IMG/VR virus record: IMGVR_UViG_3300018080_000215
Location: 1-55,777 of that record
DNA: 55,777 nt
Strand: one strand, 5' to 3'
DNA from: a virus
Lineage: Duplodnaviria; Caudoviricetes
The position numbers and the translations under genes are program-made. Numbering within the stretch: position 1 is the first letter of the stretch; each line of letters starts with the position of its first letter. The notes below the pieces were generated by a model that was not told the origin of the DNA, searched no databases, and saw nothing but the letters and a program-made list of their open reading frames with translations. Positions 20,339 through 28,618 of this stretch are shown here, in pieces.

Positions 20339-22090
20339 TCACCTGTTTCTCGGTAGGGTGCGAACGCGACCTGTTGGTATTTTGCGTTTCGGATTGCGTT
20401 TGCGGAAGTCACTTATATCAGTGACGGTGTCTTGCCTATCAGAAGACCAATCTTCAAACAACGAACGGTATCTTGGACTGTCGGCTTGAGGCGTCTGGCC
20501 GTACTCGTCGCGAATAGGGTTGTTCGGGTCTGGGTCTGATAGGTAACCCTGCATTGTTTGCGGGGTCATCGACAACGAAATGCCGGTGTTGTAGCCCATT
20601 TCCCCCTTTACATCACCAAATTCTGCCTTGGCGGCTGCCCTTCCAGAACGCGCTAGGTTTTGGAGAATTGGCACACGCGCCCGCGCGTTCAGGCCAAGGC
20701 TGCCAACGCCGGTCAAGGCAGCCACACCCGCATTAATAGGGTCGCCCGCGATGCCCGGGACAACCATCAGTGCGTCATTGAATGCTGCCGTTGAGTGAAA
20801 CGGCACAATCGGGCCGTCTGCCCCGGGGTCAGAACTCGGCTCGGGAGCGTTTTCTGGCCGATCTGTCGGGCCAAACCAGGGATTGGCGGGGTCGTTGCTG
20901 GTCGTATCTCCTGCCCAGACCTGCGCGTTAGTCGGGATTTCTTGCAGACCTTGATTCAAATACCTTATCCACATAGGCAGTCTGGCCGACACTTGCCGCC
21001 AGTCATCGCCCTCTAGTTTCGCTCCCCTCACCCGAAGGTCGTTGATTTCGTCCGCAGTACCTTCTGGCCGGATAGGAGTCAACCGGTCAATGTCGTTTAG
21101 GACATCGACGAATGCCCCCCGCTCATCTCGGTTGAAGTTGTTCATCATGACAGGGGTGGTCAAGTACCGCGTTGCCCTGCCGTACATTGTGTTTCCGCTT
21201 TCCGACTTCTGGCCTAATCCAGAAGCGGTCATGGCACTGAACTGGGGCAGGTAACTGCCGGATGCCCAATCGTTGAAGAACCTGGGGTCTTGGCGTTGCG
21301 CGTACCGCATCACCTCCATGGTGTAATCGAGGGCACTGCCGGGGTCGGGCGACATTATGAAGCCCGCCTGCTTGCGGGCGATCTGGTCGCCAGGAAGTGA
21401 GTCAGGGCGAGTTGAACTCAAGGATGTGAATGGAAGATTTTCATACGCGACACCCAAGCCCGCACCAATGAGATTGATGGCGGCACCCTGGAGCGGCTCG
21501 GGGCTATGCAACCCTGTCTGGAAGGTGGCGAAAAGGTTGTAATCCAGCAGTTTCTTGGCGGCGTCTACCCCTGTGTCGGTAAGCCGCCAATCCGCGTTCG
21601 CCCGGTTGCGGAAACTGGGGTCTTGCCGGAAGGACTCTGCCTCCTCTGGTGTTACCCCGGTATCGGGACGGTCATCCCCGATGATTGATGTGTCCCGCAT
21701 CCAAGACAGGAAGTCGTTGACCATCGTCTGGGCAAGTTGCTCGCCCTCGGGGGATACGTTGATCGGGGGTTTGATGCCAAGAATCTTGGCTCGGAACAGC
21801 GGAGCGACTTCTTTGATGCTCGCCCGCATACGCGCGCGGGCCTCTTCAGAGCGGCTTGCCAGCCAGGGGGCTAGGTAAGCGTCCAGTTTGGGGCCAGCCA
21901 TGCCCAAAAAATCCATGTGCTTGGCGTACTCTGGTGTGCCGTAGAGCGAACTACGCTCATACCACTCTTCCCAATTGCGGTCAGAGTAGCGACCACCAGA
22001 GTCGGATTTGTACAGGTCTGGCGAAAAGTAATCGACGGCGGGCTGGACTACGTTGTTCGCTATTCCAAGTACAAAGTCTTCGTAGTTCAT
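20339..22090 (-). CDS. Hypothetical (probable virion) protein, 583 aa
   Basis: Long coupled ORF in the structural block. Confidence 0.65.
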   Translation of the reverse strand: MNYEDFVLGIANNVVQPAVDYFSPDLYKSDSGGRYSDRNWEEWYERSSLYGTPEYAKHMDFLGMAGPKLDAYLAPWLASRSEEARARMRASIKEVAPLFRAKILGIKPPINVSPEGEQLAQTMVNDFLSWMRDTSIIGDDRPDTGVTPEEAESFRQDPSFRNRANADWRLTDTGVDAAKKLLDYNLFATFQTGLHSPEPLQGAAINLIGAGLGVAYENLPFTSLSSTRPDSLPGDQIARKQAGFIMSPDPGSALDYTMEVMRYAQRQDPRFFNDWASGSYLPQFSAMTASGLGQKSESGNTMYGRATRYLTTPVMMNNFNRDERGAFVDVLNDIDRLTPIRPEGTADEINDLRVRGAKLEGDDWRQVSARLPMWIRYLNQGLQEIPTNAQVWAGDTTSNDPANPWFGPTDRPENAPEPSSDPGADGPIVPFHSTAAFNDALMVVPGIAGDPINAGVAALTGVGSLGLNARARVPILQNLARSGRAAAKAEFGDVKGEMGYNTGISLSMTPQTMQGYLSDPDPNNPIRDEYGQTPQADSPRYRSLFEDWSSDRQDTVTDISDFRKRNPKRKIPTGRVRTLPRNR

Positions 22091-23085
22091 CAGTTCATCA
22101 AGCCAGACAGCGGGCCTGCTGGGTTCTGCGATGTGTTGCGGCTACCCTCGTCTCCAGGGCTTGTGTCAGACAGAAGCCCGGTGGTGATGCCGCCCAGGGT
22201 CAGAATCTCCCGGAGCCGTTGCGGCAACATTGCCTGCACTTGCGGCGGTAAAGACAGGAGCATCCGCAGGTCGCGAAGCCGCAGGCCGGTGGGCTGGTCG
22301 ATCTCGTAGTCGGGCGAATCCATGTTGTTGCGGAGCCGATCCATATTGCGTTCCAGAACGCCTTCGGCGTCCTCAACGCCCAGGTAAGACCGGCCATCTT
22401 TACGCCGCATCTCGGCCAGCACCCGATCTACCTCCATTGCGTCGTACATCTGGGTGTCGCCCTCGCGTCCGACGTAATCAGTCATAGCCCGCTCAAAGCC
22501 CTCGGCCCGCTGGCGAGCATCAATGGCTTTTTGCTTCATATCATCGACGTAGTCCCGAGTCATCCCGGCATCCCCCATGATCTCTCCTGGGATCGGGATT
22601 ACGACTTGCCGGTCATCGAACTCGGTATCCCCCATTGCAGCAACGGGGAGATCGTCCATCTCATCGGGGATGGGGTCACTGACGGCAAAGTCGCCGTCGG
22701 GGAAGCGACTGTCAGTTACAACGCGACTTTCATACTCCCGGTCAGGCTCATCCGGCATAGACAGACGCCCTTCTTCTGGGAAGTCGGGGTCTTCAGTGCG
22801 GATTAGGCCGATGTCATCGTCGTAGCGGTCATAGTCGATCTCGGGGAAGTATTTCCGGTAGTCAGGCTCGTTGATGACGCTCAACTGCTGGCCGAGTTCC
22901 CGGGCATTCTCAATCGCCTGCTCAAGGTTCGCCATACCGCCGTAGTACGGGGCGATCTGCTCACCAGTGCTGATGACCCTGCCTGTGCGGAGAGGGATTT
23001 CCTTCTTGTTGTAGACCTGGGGGCGCGGTCTTCCTCGTCCTCTTCCCATCATTAACCCTTTCCGTAACGCCACTGCCTTCGCCAT
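22090..23085 (-). CDS. Acidic hypothetical protein, 331 aa
   Basis: Long coupled ORF. Confidence 0.65.
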   Translation of the reverse strand: MAKAVALRKGLMMGRGRGRPRPQVYNKKEIPLRTGRVISTGEQIAPYYGGMANLEQAIENARELGQQLSVINEPDYRKYFPEIDYDRYDDDIGLIRTEDPDFPEEGRLSMPDEPDREYESRVVTDSRFPDGDFAVSDPIPDEMDDLPVAAMGDTEFDDRQVVIPIPGEIMGDAGMTRDYVDDMKQKAIDARQRAEGFERAMTDYVGREGDTQMYDAMEVDRVLAEMRRKDGRSYLGVEDAEGVLERNMDRLRNNMDSPDYEIDQPTGLRLRDLRMLLSLPPQVQAMLPQRLREILTLGGITTGLLSDTSPGDEGSRNTSQNPAGPLSGLMN

Positions 23086-23429
23086 TTCCGAAGGCTTTTA
23101 GCGGCTGAGAGATCACTTCGATACCACCGCAAAGTTATCCACACTGACTGCCAGATGATCTGGGAGAGTGCTTCCTGCCACTTATCGTATTCGGGTTCCC
23201 CGTACACAAACGCAAGATGCCTCTTGCAAGAAGCAACTGTCTGCTTGAGTGCCTTGACCTCCAGAGTCTCTCCTGACTTGCTGTTGTCGATAGCGTCACA
23301 GGGAAATTCCTGTATCAGCACCGAAGCAACGTCAAAACACTTATGGTGCCCAAGGAGATATTTCCGCAATGGAAGTCTCCCCCAGACATACTTCTGGAAG
23401 CCGATGATTTCCGTTTTGAACTTGCCCAC
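23052..23429 (-). CDS. Hypothetical protein
   Basis: ORF 23052-23465; GTG at 23429 preferred to avoid overlap with the upstream small ORF. Confidence 0.55.
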   Translation of the reverse strand: MGKFKTEIIGFQKYVWGRLPLRKYLLGHHKCFDVASVLIQEFPCDAIDNSKSGETLEVKALKQTVASCKRHLAFVYGEPEYDKWQEALSQIIWQSVWITLRWYRSDLSAAKSLRKWRRQWRYGKG

Positions 23430-23436
23430 ATTTTTC

Positions 23437-23571
23437 TTACGGCTTTTTCGTCCCACAACTGGCACCCTTCGCCATCTTCTTGTTGAGTCTGCGGTTCTGC
23501 ATCTCTCCGTAGGCGGCGGTCAGTTTATCCTTCAAGGACATCTTCTTCGGTGTCTTTTTCCCGGCAGGCAA
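23437..23571 (-). CDS. Small basic protein, 44 aa (MPAGKKTPKKMSLKDKL...), below the ORF-track cutoff
   Basis: GGAGGTGA RBS before TTG; open frame to TAA at 23439-23437. Confidence 0.6.
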   Translation of the reverse strand: MPAGKKTPKKMSLKDKLTAAYGEMQNRRLNKKMAKGASCGTKKP

Positions 23572-23699
23572 AGATCACCTCCCTTCATTCGGATGCGTCG
23601 GTTTCCCGACTAAGGACGTTGCTCTCTTTGTATATGGGCGCAAAGCACCGCCCCGGGTTACTCGCGACAGGGGCGAAGCGAGGCCCGGGGCCAGTGCCG

Positions 23700-23906
23700 T
23701 CAATCAAACAAGTGCGGATGGTGTTTCTCGACAGCCTCAATCGTCGCCAGTAGCCCCTCTACGCTTTTTCGCAATTGGACTATTTCTTCAGCCGCTACCC
23801 AATCCAAATGCTCACTAACCGGGATAGGCTCGCCAGCAGTTTCTATCTTCGCCCGCGCTCGCAGCAGGAAGACCAAGTCATCTAGGTCTGGCGTTTTTTT
23901 CGTCAT
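23700..23906 (-). CDS. Hypothetical protein
   Basis: DLV..LR..A....AAEEI..LR phage small-protein pattern; coupled. Confidence 0.6.
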   Translation of the reverse strand: MTKKTPDLDDLVFLLRARAKIETAGEPIPVSEHLDWVAAEEIVQLRKSVEGLLATIEAVEKHHPHLFD

Positions 23907-24127
23907 TTATGCCGGATAGGGGCTTTGGGGTGCGGTATGTCCCACATGGGATTCCCCATTACCCGAATCTCGCAGGAGTCGATATGCACAACCCGGCCAT
24001 CGGAGAAGGTGTGTACTAACCACACTGTATTGATAGATGGGCCGTAATCTATCAAAAACAGCGCATGGCCTTCCCCCAGTGGGGTTTGCACCCACAGCGG
24101 AGGCTCGATCCGGTGGATTTGCGTCAT
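23903..24127 (-). CDS. Conserved small phage protein
   Basis: PLWV.TPLGEG.A.FLIDYG...N.VW pattern; ATGA couplings. Confidence 0.7.
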   Translation of the reverse strand: MTQIHRIEPPLWVQTPLGEGHALFLIDYGPSINTVWLVHTFSDGRVVHIDSCEIRVMGNPMWDIPHPKAPIRHK

Positions 24128-24435
24128 CGCTTCCTGGCCTCCAGGGACTTCAACTTGGCTTTGAGGGCGACAATCTGATCTTGGTAGTCCTGCACCACTG
24201 CCTTGAGCCGCTCTACCTCCAGCCCATTTCCGATAGCCTCGGCAGCCAAATCCCGCCGCACCTCCTGAAACGCATCCCGAAACTGGCTTAGTCGCCGAAT
24301 GCAGTTCGCCGCCCGAGCCAGCGTATCCGCATCCTCCTGCAACACAGGGCAGAGAGCCTCCAGCCGCCGGATGACCTCTTCATCCGACATAGCCCCATCC
24401 TTGTCGGCCTTCTTCTTTCGTCTGACAATCATCAA
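24124..24435 (-). CDS. Coiled-coil hypothetical protein
   Basis: First gene of the leftward block; GAGG RBS. Confidence 0.6.
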   Translation of the reverse strand: MMIVRRKKKADKDGAMSDEEVIRRLEALCPVLQEDADTLARAANCIRRLSQFRDAFQEVRRDLAAEAIGNGLEVERLKAVVQDYQDQIVALKAKLKSLEARKR

Positions 24436-24824
24436 ATATCCCTCTTTGATTAGGTGTCCTGCCGTCGAGTTAGGTAGACACCTTCAGTACAACCCCGATG
24501 TCAAGACCGGCCCTTGACCAAAGTTGTCCAGAGAGAAGCCCAAACTCGGCGAAAACGTCAGACAGAAGGGAGATAAGGTTCGGCTAACCTACGTTCGTTA
24601 CTCAGCAGGGGGTGTTAGGGCAGGGGTCTGCAAAACTGGAAAAAATCCAGGAGGGGAACGTCATATATGTTGCGACCGACTCGGGGGCCGGGAGGGGCTT
24701 GCCGCGCATCCCCTGGCTATGCTAGGGGTTCGGAGTATGCCGATGGTTCCCTCCGCCTCCGGCGGCTCGCGCAGCCGCCCGACCGAGTGCCGTTCCCCCC
24801 CTCCCCCCACAGAATCCATTCTCC

Positions 24825-24952
24825 CGGGGCTTTGCCCCGTCCGGAGTATCCCGATACCCCCCCGGGGCTTTGCCCCGCAGAACGGCTCTCCGGGGCTTTG
24901 CCCCGATTGCCCGATTCTGGCATCATCCCCCCTCGCGGGGCTTCGCCCCGCG
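24825..24952. repeat. Four palindromic repeats CGGGGC-TT(T/C)-GCCCCG
   Basis: Copies at 24825-24839, 24863-24877, 24891-24905 and 24936-24950. Confidence 0.9.
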
Positions 24953-24959
24953 CGCGCAT

Positions 24960-24997
24960 AAAAAAACCCCCGGAGTCCGAAGACTCCGGGGGTTTTC
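24960..24997 (-). terminator. Intrinsic terminator (probably bidirectional)
   Basis: Minus strand CCCCCGGAGTC-TTCG-GACTCCGGGGG-TTTTTTT; T-run on the plus side too. Confidence 0.85.
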
Positions 24998-25022
24998 GCG
25001 TTACCGGGAACCGGGCGTAGAC

Positions 25023-25412
25023 TCAGGATTCCTGAGTCCACTCGCTGTTCCCGGGCTTTCCGGCCTTGGCCGGAGGCTCCATAACCATGCCATTCTCGGC
25101 GGCATGGCGAAGATCATCGGCATGATCGGCAGACTGACGGTATTCGAGAATACCGGCCCAACGATTGCCGTATTCACCGTTGCCGTCCCTTCGATTCTTC
25201 GAAGGGATGAAGTTGGTTTTCTCAATGAGAAAACCCGCCTGGGTAACGGTGTAGTCGATGTACTGTCCATCGGCCAGAACCCGGCGGAAGTGATAGCCGT
25301 ACTGATCCCGCTTGATGTACCGTCCCGGGGCGAGATCGGAGGAACCGATCTTCGCAACGGACTGCGACTTGAAGCGGTTTGCAGGAACGGCGGTAGTCTT
25401 CGACTTTGCCAT
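25023..25412 (-). CDS. Early hypothetical protein
   Basis: AAAGGA RBS, start MAKSKT; downstream of hairpin element 1. Confidence 0.7.
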   Translation of the reverse strand: MAKSKTTAVPANRFKSQSVAKIGSSDLAPGRYIKRDQYGYHFRRVLADGQYIDYTVTQAGFLIEKTNFIPSKNRRDGNGEYGNRWAGILEYRQSADHADDLRHAAENGMVMEPPAKAGKPGNSEWTQES

Positions 25413-25486
25413 GATGAAAAAGTCCTTTCGCCCTATGGGCAAACGGGGAAGTGTGATGCGGTCGGCGACGTTGCCGAACCGCTCCG

Positions 25487-25520
25487 AAAGGCCATCGCTG
25501 CTGGCCCCCTTCGGGGGCTA
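25487..25520 (-). promoter_or_regulatory. Hairpin-AGCGATGG element 1
   Basis: Sense: GCCCCC-GAA-GGGGGC CAGC AGCGATGGCCTTT. Confidence 0.8.
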
Positions 25521-25760
25521 ACGCGAAGTACGCGGTGATTCGGTAGTCTCACCGGGTTGGGACGGGGTTTCGACCGTATCGGGCCGAAAGACGAAATGGG
25601 GCATCATCGAGAGATAGCCCAGTGAGACTATGTCAGAAGTCTTCAAGTCTGCGATGAACTGGAGCAACTCCGTATCCTTCACAGTCTCCTGCTGGAGATG
25701 GTCGGACTCACCATCATTGGTGACATAGTTCACATTCCAATACTTCACAATCATCTGCAA
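25518..25760 (-). CDS. Early hypothetical protein
   Basis: AGAAAGGGG RBS; TAG abuts element 1. Confidence 0.6.
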   Translation of the reverse strand: MQMIVKYWNVNYVTNDGESDHLQQETVKDTELLQFIADLKTSDIVSLGYLSMMPHFVFRPDTVETPSQPGETTESPRTSR

Positions 25761-25775
25761 ATACCCCTTTCTGGG

Positions 25776-25991
25776 TTAGAAGTGCTTGTTGATTCGGGTC
25801 ATGATTGCCAGGACTCTCTCGCAAATATCCCGGTGATTGCGAGCCTTATCGAAGTCTTGAGCATCGCAGGCTTCGCTCGCAAGGTTCTGCTGATGGTCGA
25901 TATACATGAGCAGAGCAGCGGAGACTTCGACAGCCTCCTTGAGCATGAGGGGGATATTCGCAGTACGGGTGACATATGGTTTCGGAGTCAT
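25776..25991 (-). CDS. Early hypothetical protein
   Basis: AGAAAGGG RBS; follows element 2. Confidence 0.65.
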   Translation of the reverse strand: MTPKPYVTRTANIPLMLKEAVEVSAALLMYIDHQQNLASEACDAQDFDKARNHRDICERVLAIMTRINKHF

Positions 25992-26038
25992 GGAAGTACC
26001 CTTTCTGGGTTACGGGGAGTGATTGCCGAAGCGGCTCG

Positions 26039-26074
26039 AAAGGCCATCGCTGCTGGCCCTCCTACGGAGGGCTA
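26039..26074 (-). promoter_or_regulatory. Hairpin-AGCGATGG element 2
   Basis: Sense: GCCCTCC-GTA-GGAGGGC CAGC AGCGATGGCCTTT. Confidence 0.8.
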
Positions 26075-26083
26075 AAGAATCAA

Positions 26084-26119
26084 CAATCCCCGGGGAGTTG
26101 CGATACTCCCCGGGGATTG
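26084..26119 (-). terminator. 15-bp perfect stem-loop, probable terminator
   Basis: CAATCCCCGGGGAGT-TGCGAT-ACTCCCCGGGGATTG just after the TAA at 26125. Confidence 0.65.
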
Positions 26120-26124
26120 GAGGG

Positions 26125-26364
26125 TTACGACACTGTGGTGTTCTGACGAGCCGCAATGAGGTTCGCCAGTTGCCGAAGTTCTTGGTCAGTCAGAACCCGG
26201 GGTGAAATATCCCGGAAAGACTTGACCCGACCCTTGGAGAATCGGCGTTGCCGCTTGTTGAGTTGACTGATGAGTTGGTCAACTTCGACAGGTGACAGGA
26301 AGTTCTCTGGCCGAATAGGGGTATTCGGCTTGGAAACGACGGACTCGGAGAAACTATGAGCCAT
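26125..26364 (-). CDS. Early hypothetical basic protein
   Basis: AGAAAGG RBS, start MAHSFS. Confidence 0.6.
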   Translation of the reverse strand: MAHSFSESVVSKPNTPIRPENFLSPVEVDQLISQLNKRQRRFSKGRVKSFRDISPRVLTDQELRQLANLIAARQNTTVS

Positions 26365-26395
26365 TGGAAAGACCTTTCTTGATTGGGAGGTTGTG

Positions 26396-26617
26396 TCAGT
26401 CGGTGAAAGCATCGTCGGGAATCGAATCATCGGGATAACCCTCGGGATACTCGTCGATGGGGTCATAGTTGTCCTCATCGGCGGCATCATCGAGAGCCTC
26501 GGCAGCCTCGGCATACCAATCCTCCCGCTCCTCATCAGTCATCCCCAACTCATCGACTTCGCAGCAGTCATCGTCGAAGTCTCGGAACTCATCGTCACTC
26601 ATCGAATGAATGCTCAT
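26396..26617 (-). CDS. Very acidic 73-aa protein (DNA-mimic candidate)
   Basis: MSIHSMSDDEFRDFDDD... D/E-dominated with spaced aromatics; GGAG RBS; follows element 3. Confidence 0.65.
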   Translation of the reverse strand: MSIHSMSDDEFRDFDDDCCEVDELGMTDEEREDWYAEAAEALDDAADEDNYDPIDEYPEGYPDDSIPDDAFTD

Positions 26618-26672
26618 TGCATTACTCCGCAACAAAGGAAAATGCCATTTCGCTACTGGGAAACGGCTGTCC

Positions 26673-26708
26673 AAAGAGCCATCGCTGCTGCCGCCCCTTC
26701 GGGGCGGT
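26673..26708 (-). promoter_or_regulatory. Hairpin-AGCGATGG element 3
   Basis: Sense: CCGCCCC-GAA-GGGGCGG CAGC AGCGATGGCTCTTT. Confidence 0.8.
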
Positions 26709-26760
26709 CGCGCGATGTATGAAAGAGACTGAGAAACCCAGCGGTTACGACGGGTTCCGA

Positions 26761-27111
26761 TCAGTACCCCCAAGAACAACCCAGTACGACAGGCTTGTTA
26801 GCCCGACGAGCCTGTCGCAACATGGATTCAGTACCGCGACCACCGGGAAACAACACAACGAAATCGCAATACTCGGCCATTTTGCGATTACGAATCGGGC
26901 CAGCGGCGCGGCCATGAGTCTTCCAATCGGCAGGGAATACGGTGATTGGCAGACCCATAGACTTGGCGAAGTCTTCGCCGCCTTTGTCAGCACCGGTAGC
27001 CCCGCCAGACACAATCTCGGTGACTTCGCGAGACAGGCACAACTGTCGAAGAAAACGGCGGTCTGCATCGGTTAGCGAGTAATGGCGACCACCGGCAATA
27101 ACGAGTTTCAT
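26761..27111 (-). CDS. SLOG-superfamily (YspA/DUF2493-like) protein
   Basis: KLVIAGGR...IVSGGATGAD...FPADW..HGRAAGPIRN..M....FPGGRGT..M signature. Confidence 0.9.
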   Translation of the reverse strand: MKLVIAGGRHYSLTDADRRFLRQLCLSREVTEIVSGGATGADKGGEDFAKSMGLPITVFPADWKTHGRAAGPIRNRKMAEYCDFVVLFPGGRGTESMLRQARRANKPVVLGCSWGY

Positions 27112-27164
27112 GACAACCTCAAAAGGGTAAGTGGGTATGGCAACCCGAAAATGGGTCTGCCAAC

Positions 27165-27197
27165 AAGCCATCGCTCCTGCCGCCCCTTCGGGGCGGT
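27165..27197 (-). promoter_or_regulatory. Hairpin-AGCGATGG element 4
   Basis: Sense: CCGCCCC-GAA-GGGGCGG CAGG AGCGATGGCTT. Confidence 0.8.
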
Positions 27198-27334
27198 AAA
27201 AGACTAGAAGACTTGAGTCTCCAATCCCCGTAATGCCGCAGGGTTACGACATCAACGACTACTGCTGTGCAATATCTGTGTTTCGATAAAACGCAGAGTT
27301 TCGATGGGTTACGAGAGACTTAGAAGACTTCTTG

Positions 27335-27367
27335 AGCCGCCGAAGGCGGCTTTGCAGCGATGGGCTT
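27335..27367 (+). promoter_or_regulatory. Hairpin-AGCGATGG element 5
   Basis: AGCCGCC-GAA-GGCGGCT TTGC AGCGATGGGCTT. Confidence 0.8.
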
Positions 27368-27419
27368 CTGGCGGCGACCGCTGCCCTTCGTTCCCCGTCC
27401 ATTTCCCCAGGAGAATCCC

Positions 27420-27857
27420 ATGAGTCAGTTCGCAACAACGACTACCGGCAACAAGCCTGTTGTCTACGGGTTTGATGCGAGATTGCAGCAGTATTTCCTC
27501 GACATTGATATGTGTCCCCTAGTCGGGCCGTTGGCAGATACTTACGGGTCTGCTGCTAACTTCATCAAGAAGTGCATGATGTTCGCCGTGATGCTGCCCA
27601 ATCGGCATATCAGCGAAGTCTCTGGCGACCTTGTCTTCAGTCGCCTAACTGAAGAGGAGGCTGCCGATAAGCACCACATTGTCCCGACTGATCCGGCAGT
27701 CAAAGTGGTTGATATGGATTCAGGCCAGACTGCCTACCCGAGTCACACCGAGTTGCTAGAGAAGGCTGTTGAACTGTCCCCTAATGCCACCATTCGGCAA
27801 GACGGCGACGGTCAAATCGTCATCTACACCAACCTTGCTTATTACGAGGGGGACTGA
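27420..27857 (+). CDS. Early hypothetical protein
   Basis: AGGAG RBS; VYGFD..LQQYFL motif. Confidence 0.7.
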   Translation: MSQFATTTTGNKPVVYGFDARLQQYFLDIDMCPLVGPLADTYGSAANFIKKCMMFAVMLPNRHISEVSGDLVFSRLTEEEAADKHHIVPTDPAVKVVDMDSGQTAYPSHTELLEKAVELSPNATIRQDGDGQIVIYTNLAYYEGD

Positions 27858-28081
27858 TGGCAGGACTAATCAACTCTTTCAACTATCGAGACGGTATGTC
27901 TCAACAGTGCAGTGAGGCTATTCGCCTGCTTCGCCGTGAAGGCTGGGCAGTTGCAGTAGTCAGGCCCGAGGTTGTCGGTACTCCCCACAATCGCGGTCGA
28001 ATCGAGAAAAGCATGGTTATGGAGGGTGTTCGCCGAGCATCCGAACTGAAACACATGAACTACGGAGGTTTGCGACAGTGA
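27857..28081 (+). CDS. Hypothetical protein
   Basis: TGATG coupling, GAGGGG RBS. Confidence 0.65.
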   Translation: MAGLINSFNYRDGMSQQCSEAIRLLRREGWAVAVVRPEVVGTPHNRGRIEKSMVMEGVRRASELKHMNYGGLRQ

Positions 28082-28290
28082 CGAAATACCGAGTCATGCG
28101 AAAGCGGGCTTACTGGGTCAAAGAGATTGTGGAGATCGACGCTGACTCATTCGAGCAAGCAGAAGAACTGTTTTTTGACAACTTCGATCCTGAACTGGTG
28201 ATCGAGGGAGTATTCGATTTTCATGGACAAAGGTTTGAGACACCTATGGAAGTAAAGGTCATATCAACCAAAGAAGGAGGTGAGTCATGA
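28078..28290 (+). CDS. Hypothetical protein (YRV...VEIDADS.E.AE type)
   Basis: GGAGG RBS, GTGA coupling. Confidence 0.65.
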   Translation: MTKYRVMRKRAYWVKEIVEIDADSFEQAEELFFDNFDPELVIEGVFDFHGQRFETPMEVKVISTKEGGES

Positions 28291-28618
28291 CACATACCCC
28301 TGGCCCCTGGCATCAACATACCCAACACCCAGAGCGAATCATTCTCAATGGTTCCGCTGGATATGAGGTTCATCATGCTTGGGATGAGAACCTCGGCCCT
28401 AACCCCGCTGATGTCCGACTGATGGCAGCAGCACCGGAGTTACTGGCTGCCCTGAAGGCACTCGTCAATCACTGCGTCAGAAACATCAATGTCGATGTGC
28501 GGACTTATGCAAGTATCCTCGCTGCTGCTGACCGGGCGATCTACCAAGCAGAATGGGGTAGTCCGCAAAAAGAACCAGCAGAAGGAGGTGAGTCATGACA
28601 CATACTCCTGGCCCCTGG
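28272..28618 (+). repeat. 39-bp direct repeat spanning RBS and start (28272-28310, 28580-28618), one mismatch
   Basis: AGAAGGAGGTGAGTCATGACACATAC(C/T)CCTGGCCCCTGG. Confidence 0.9.
28287..28598 (+). CDS. HTPGPW...AAAPELL family phage protein, copy 1
   Basis: MTHTPGPW and LMAAAPELLAAL motifs; strong RBS. Confidence 0.8.
   Translation: MTHTPGPWHQHTQHPERIILNGSAGYEVHHAWDENLGPNPADVRLMAAAPELLAALKALVNHCVRNINVDVRTYASILAAADRAIYQAEWGSPQKEPAEGGES

Noticed and set aside
158-24291. Many plus-strand ORFs across the structural block
   Set aside because: Antisense shadows of tightly coupled minus-strand genes; no RBS or motifs noticed.
24825-24952. Mini CRISPR array
   Set aside because: Repeats only 15 bp, spacers irregular (23, 13, 30 nt), no cas genes.
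24524-25538. ORFs 24524-24961, 24661-25041, 24667-25020, 24717-24959, 24870-25538
   Set aside because: Run through GC-rich palindromes and a terminator; Pro/Gly/Arg-rich translations typical of non-coding DNA.
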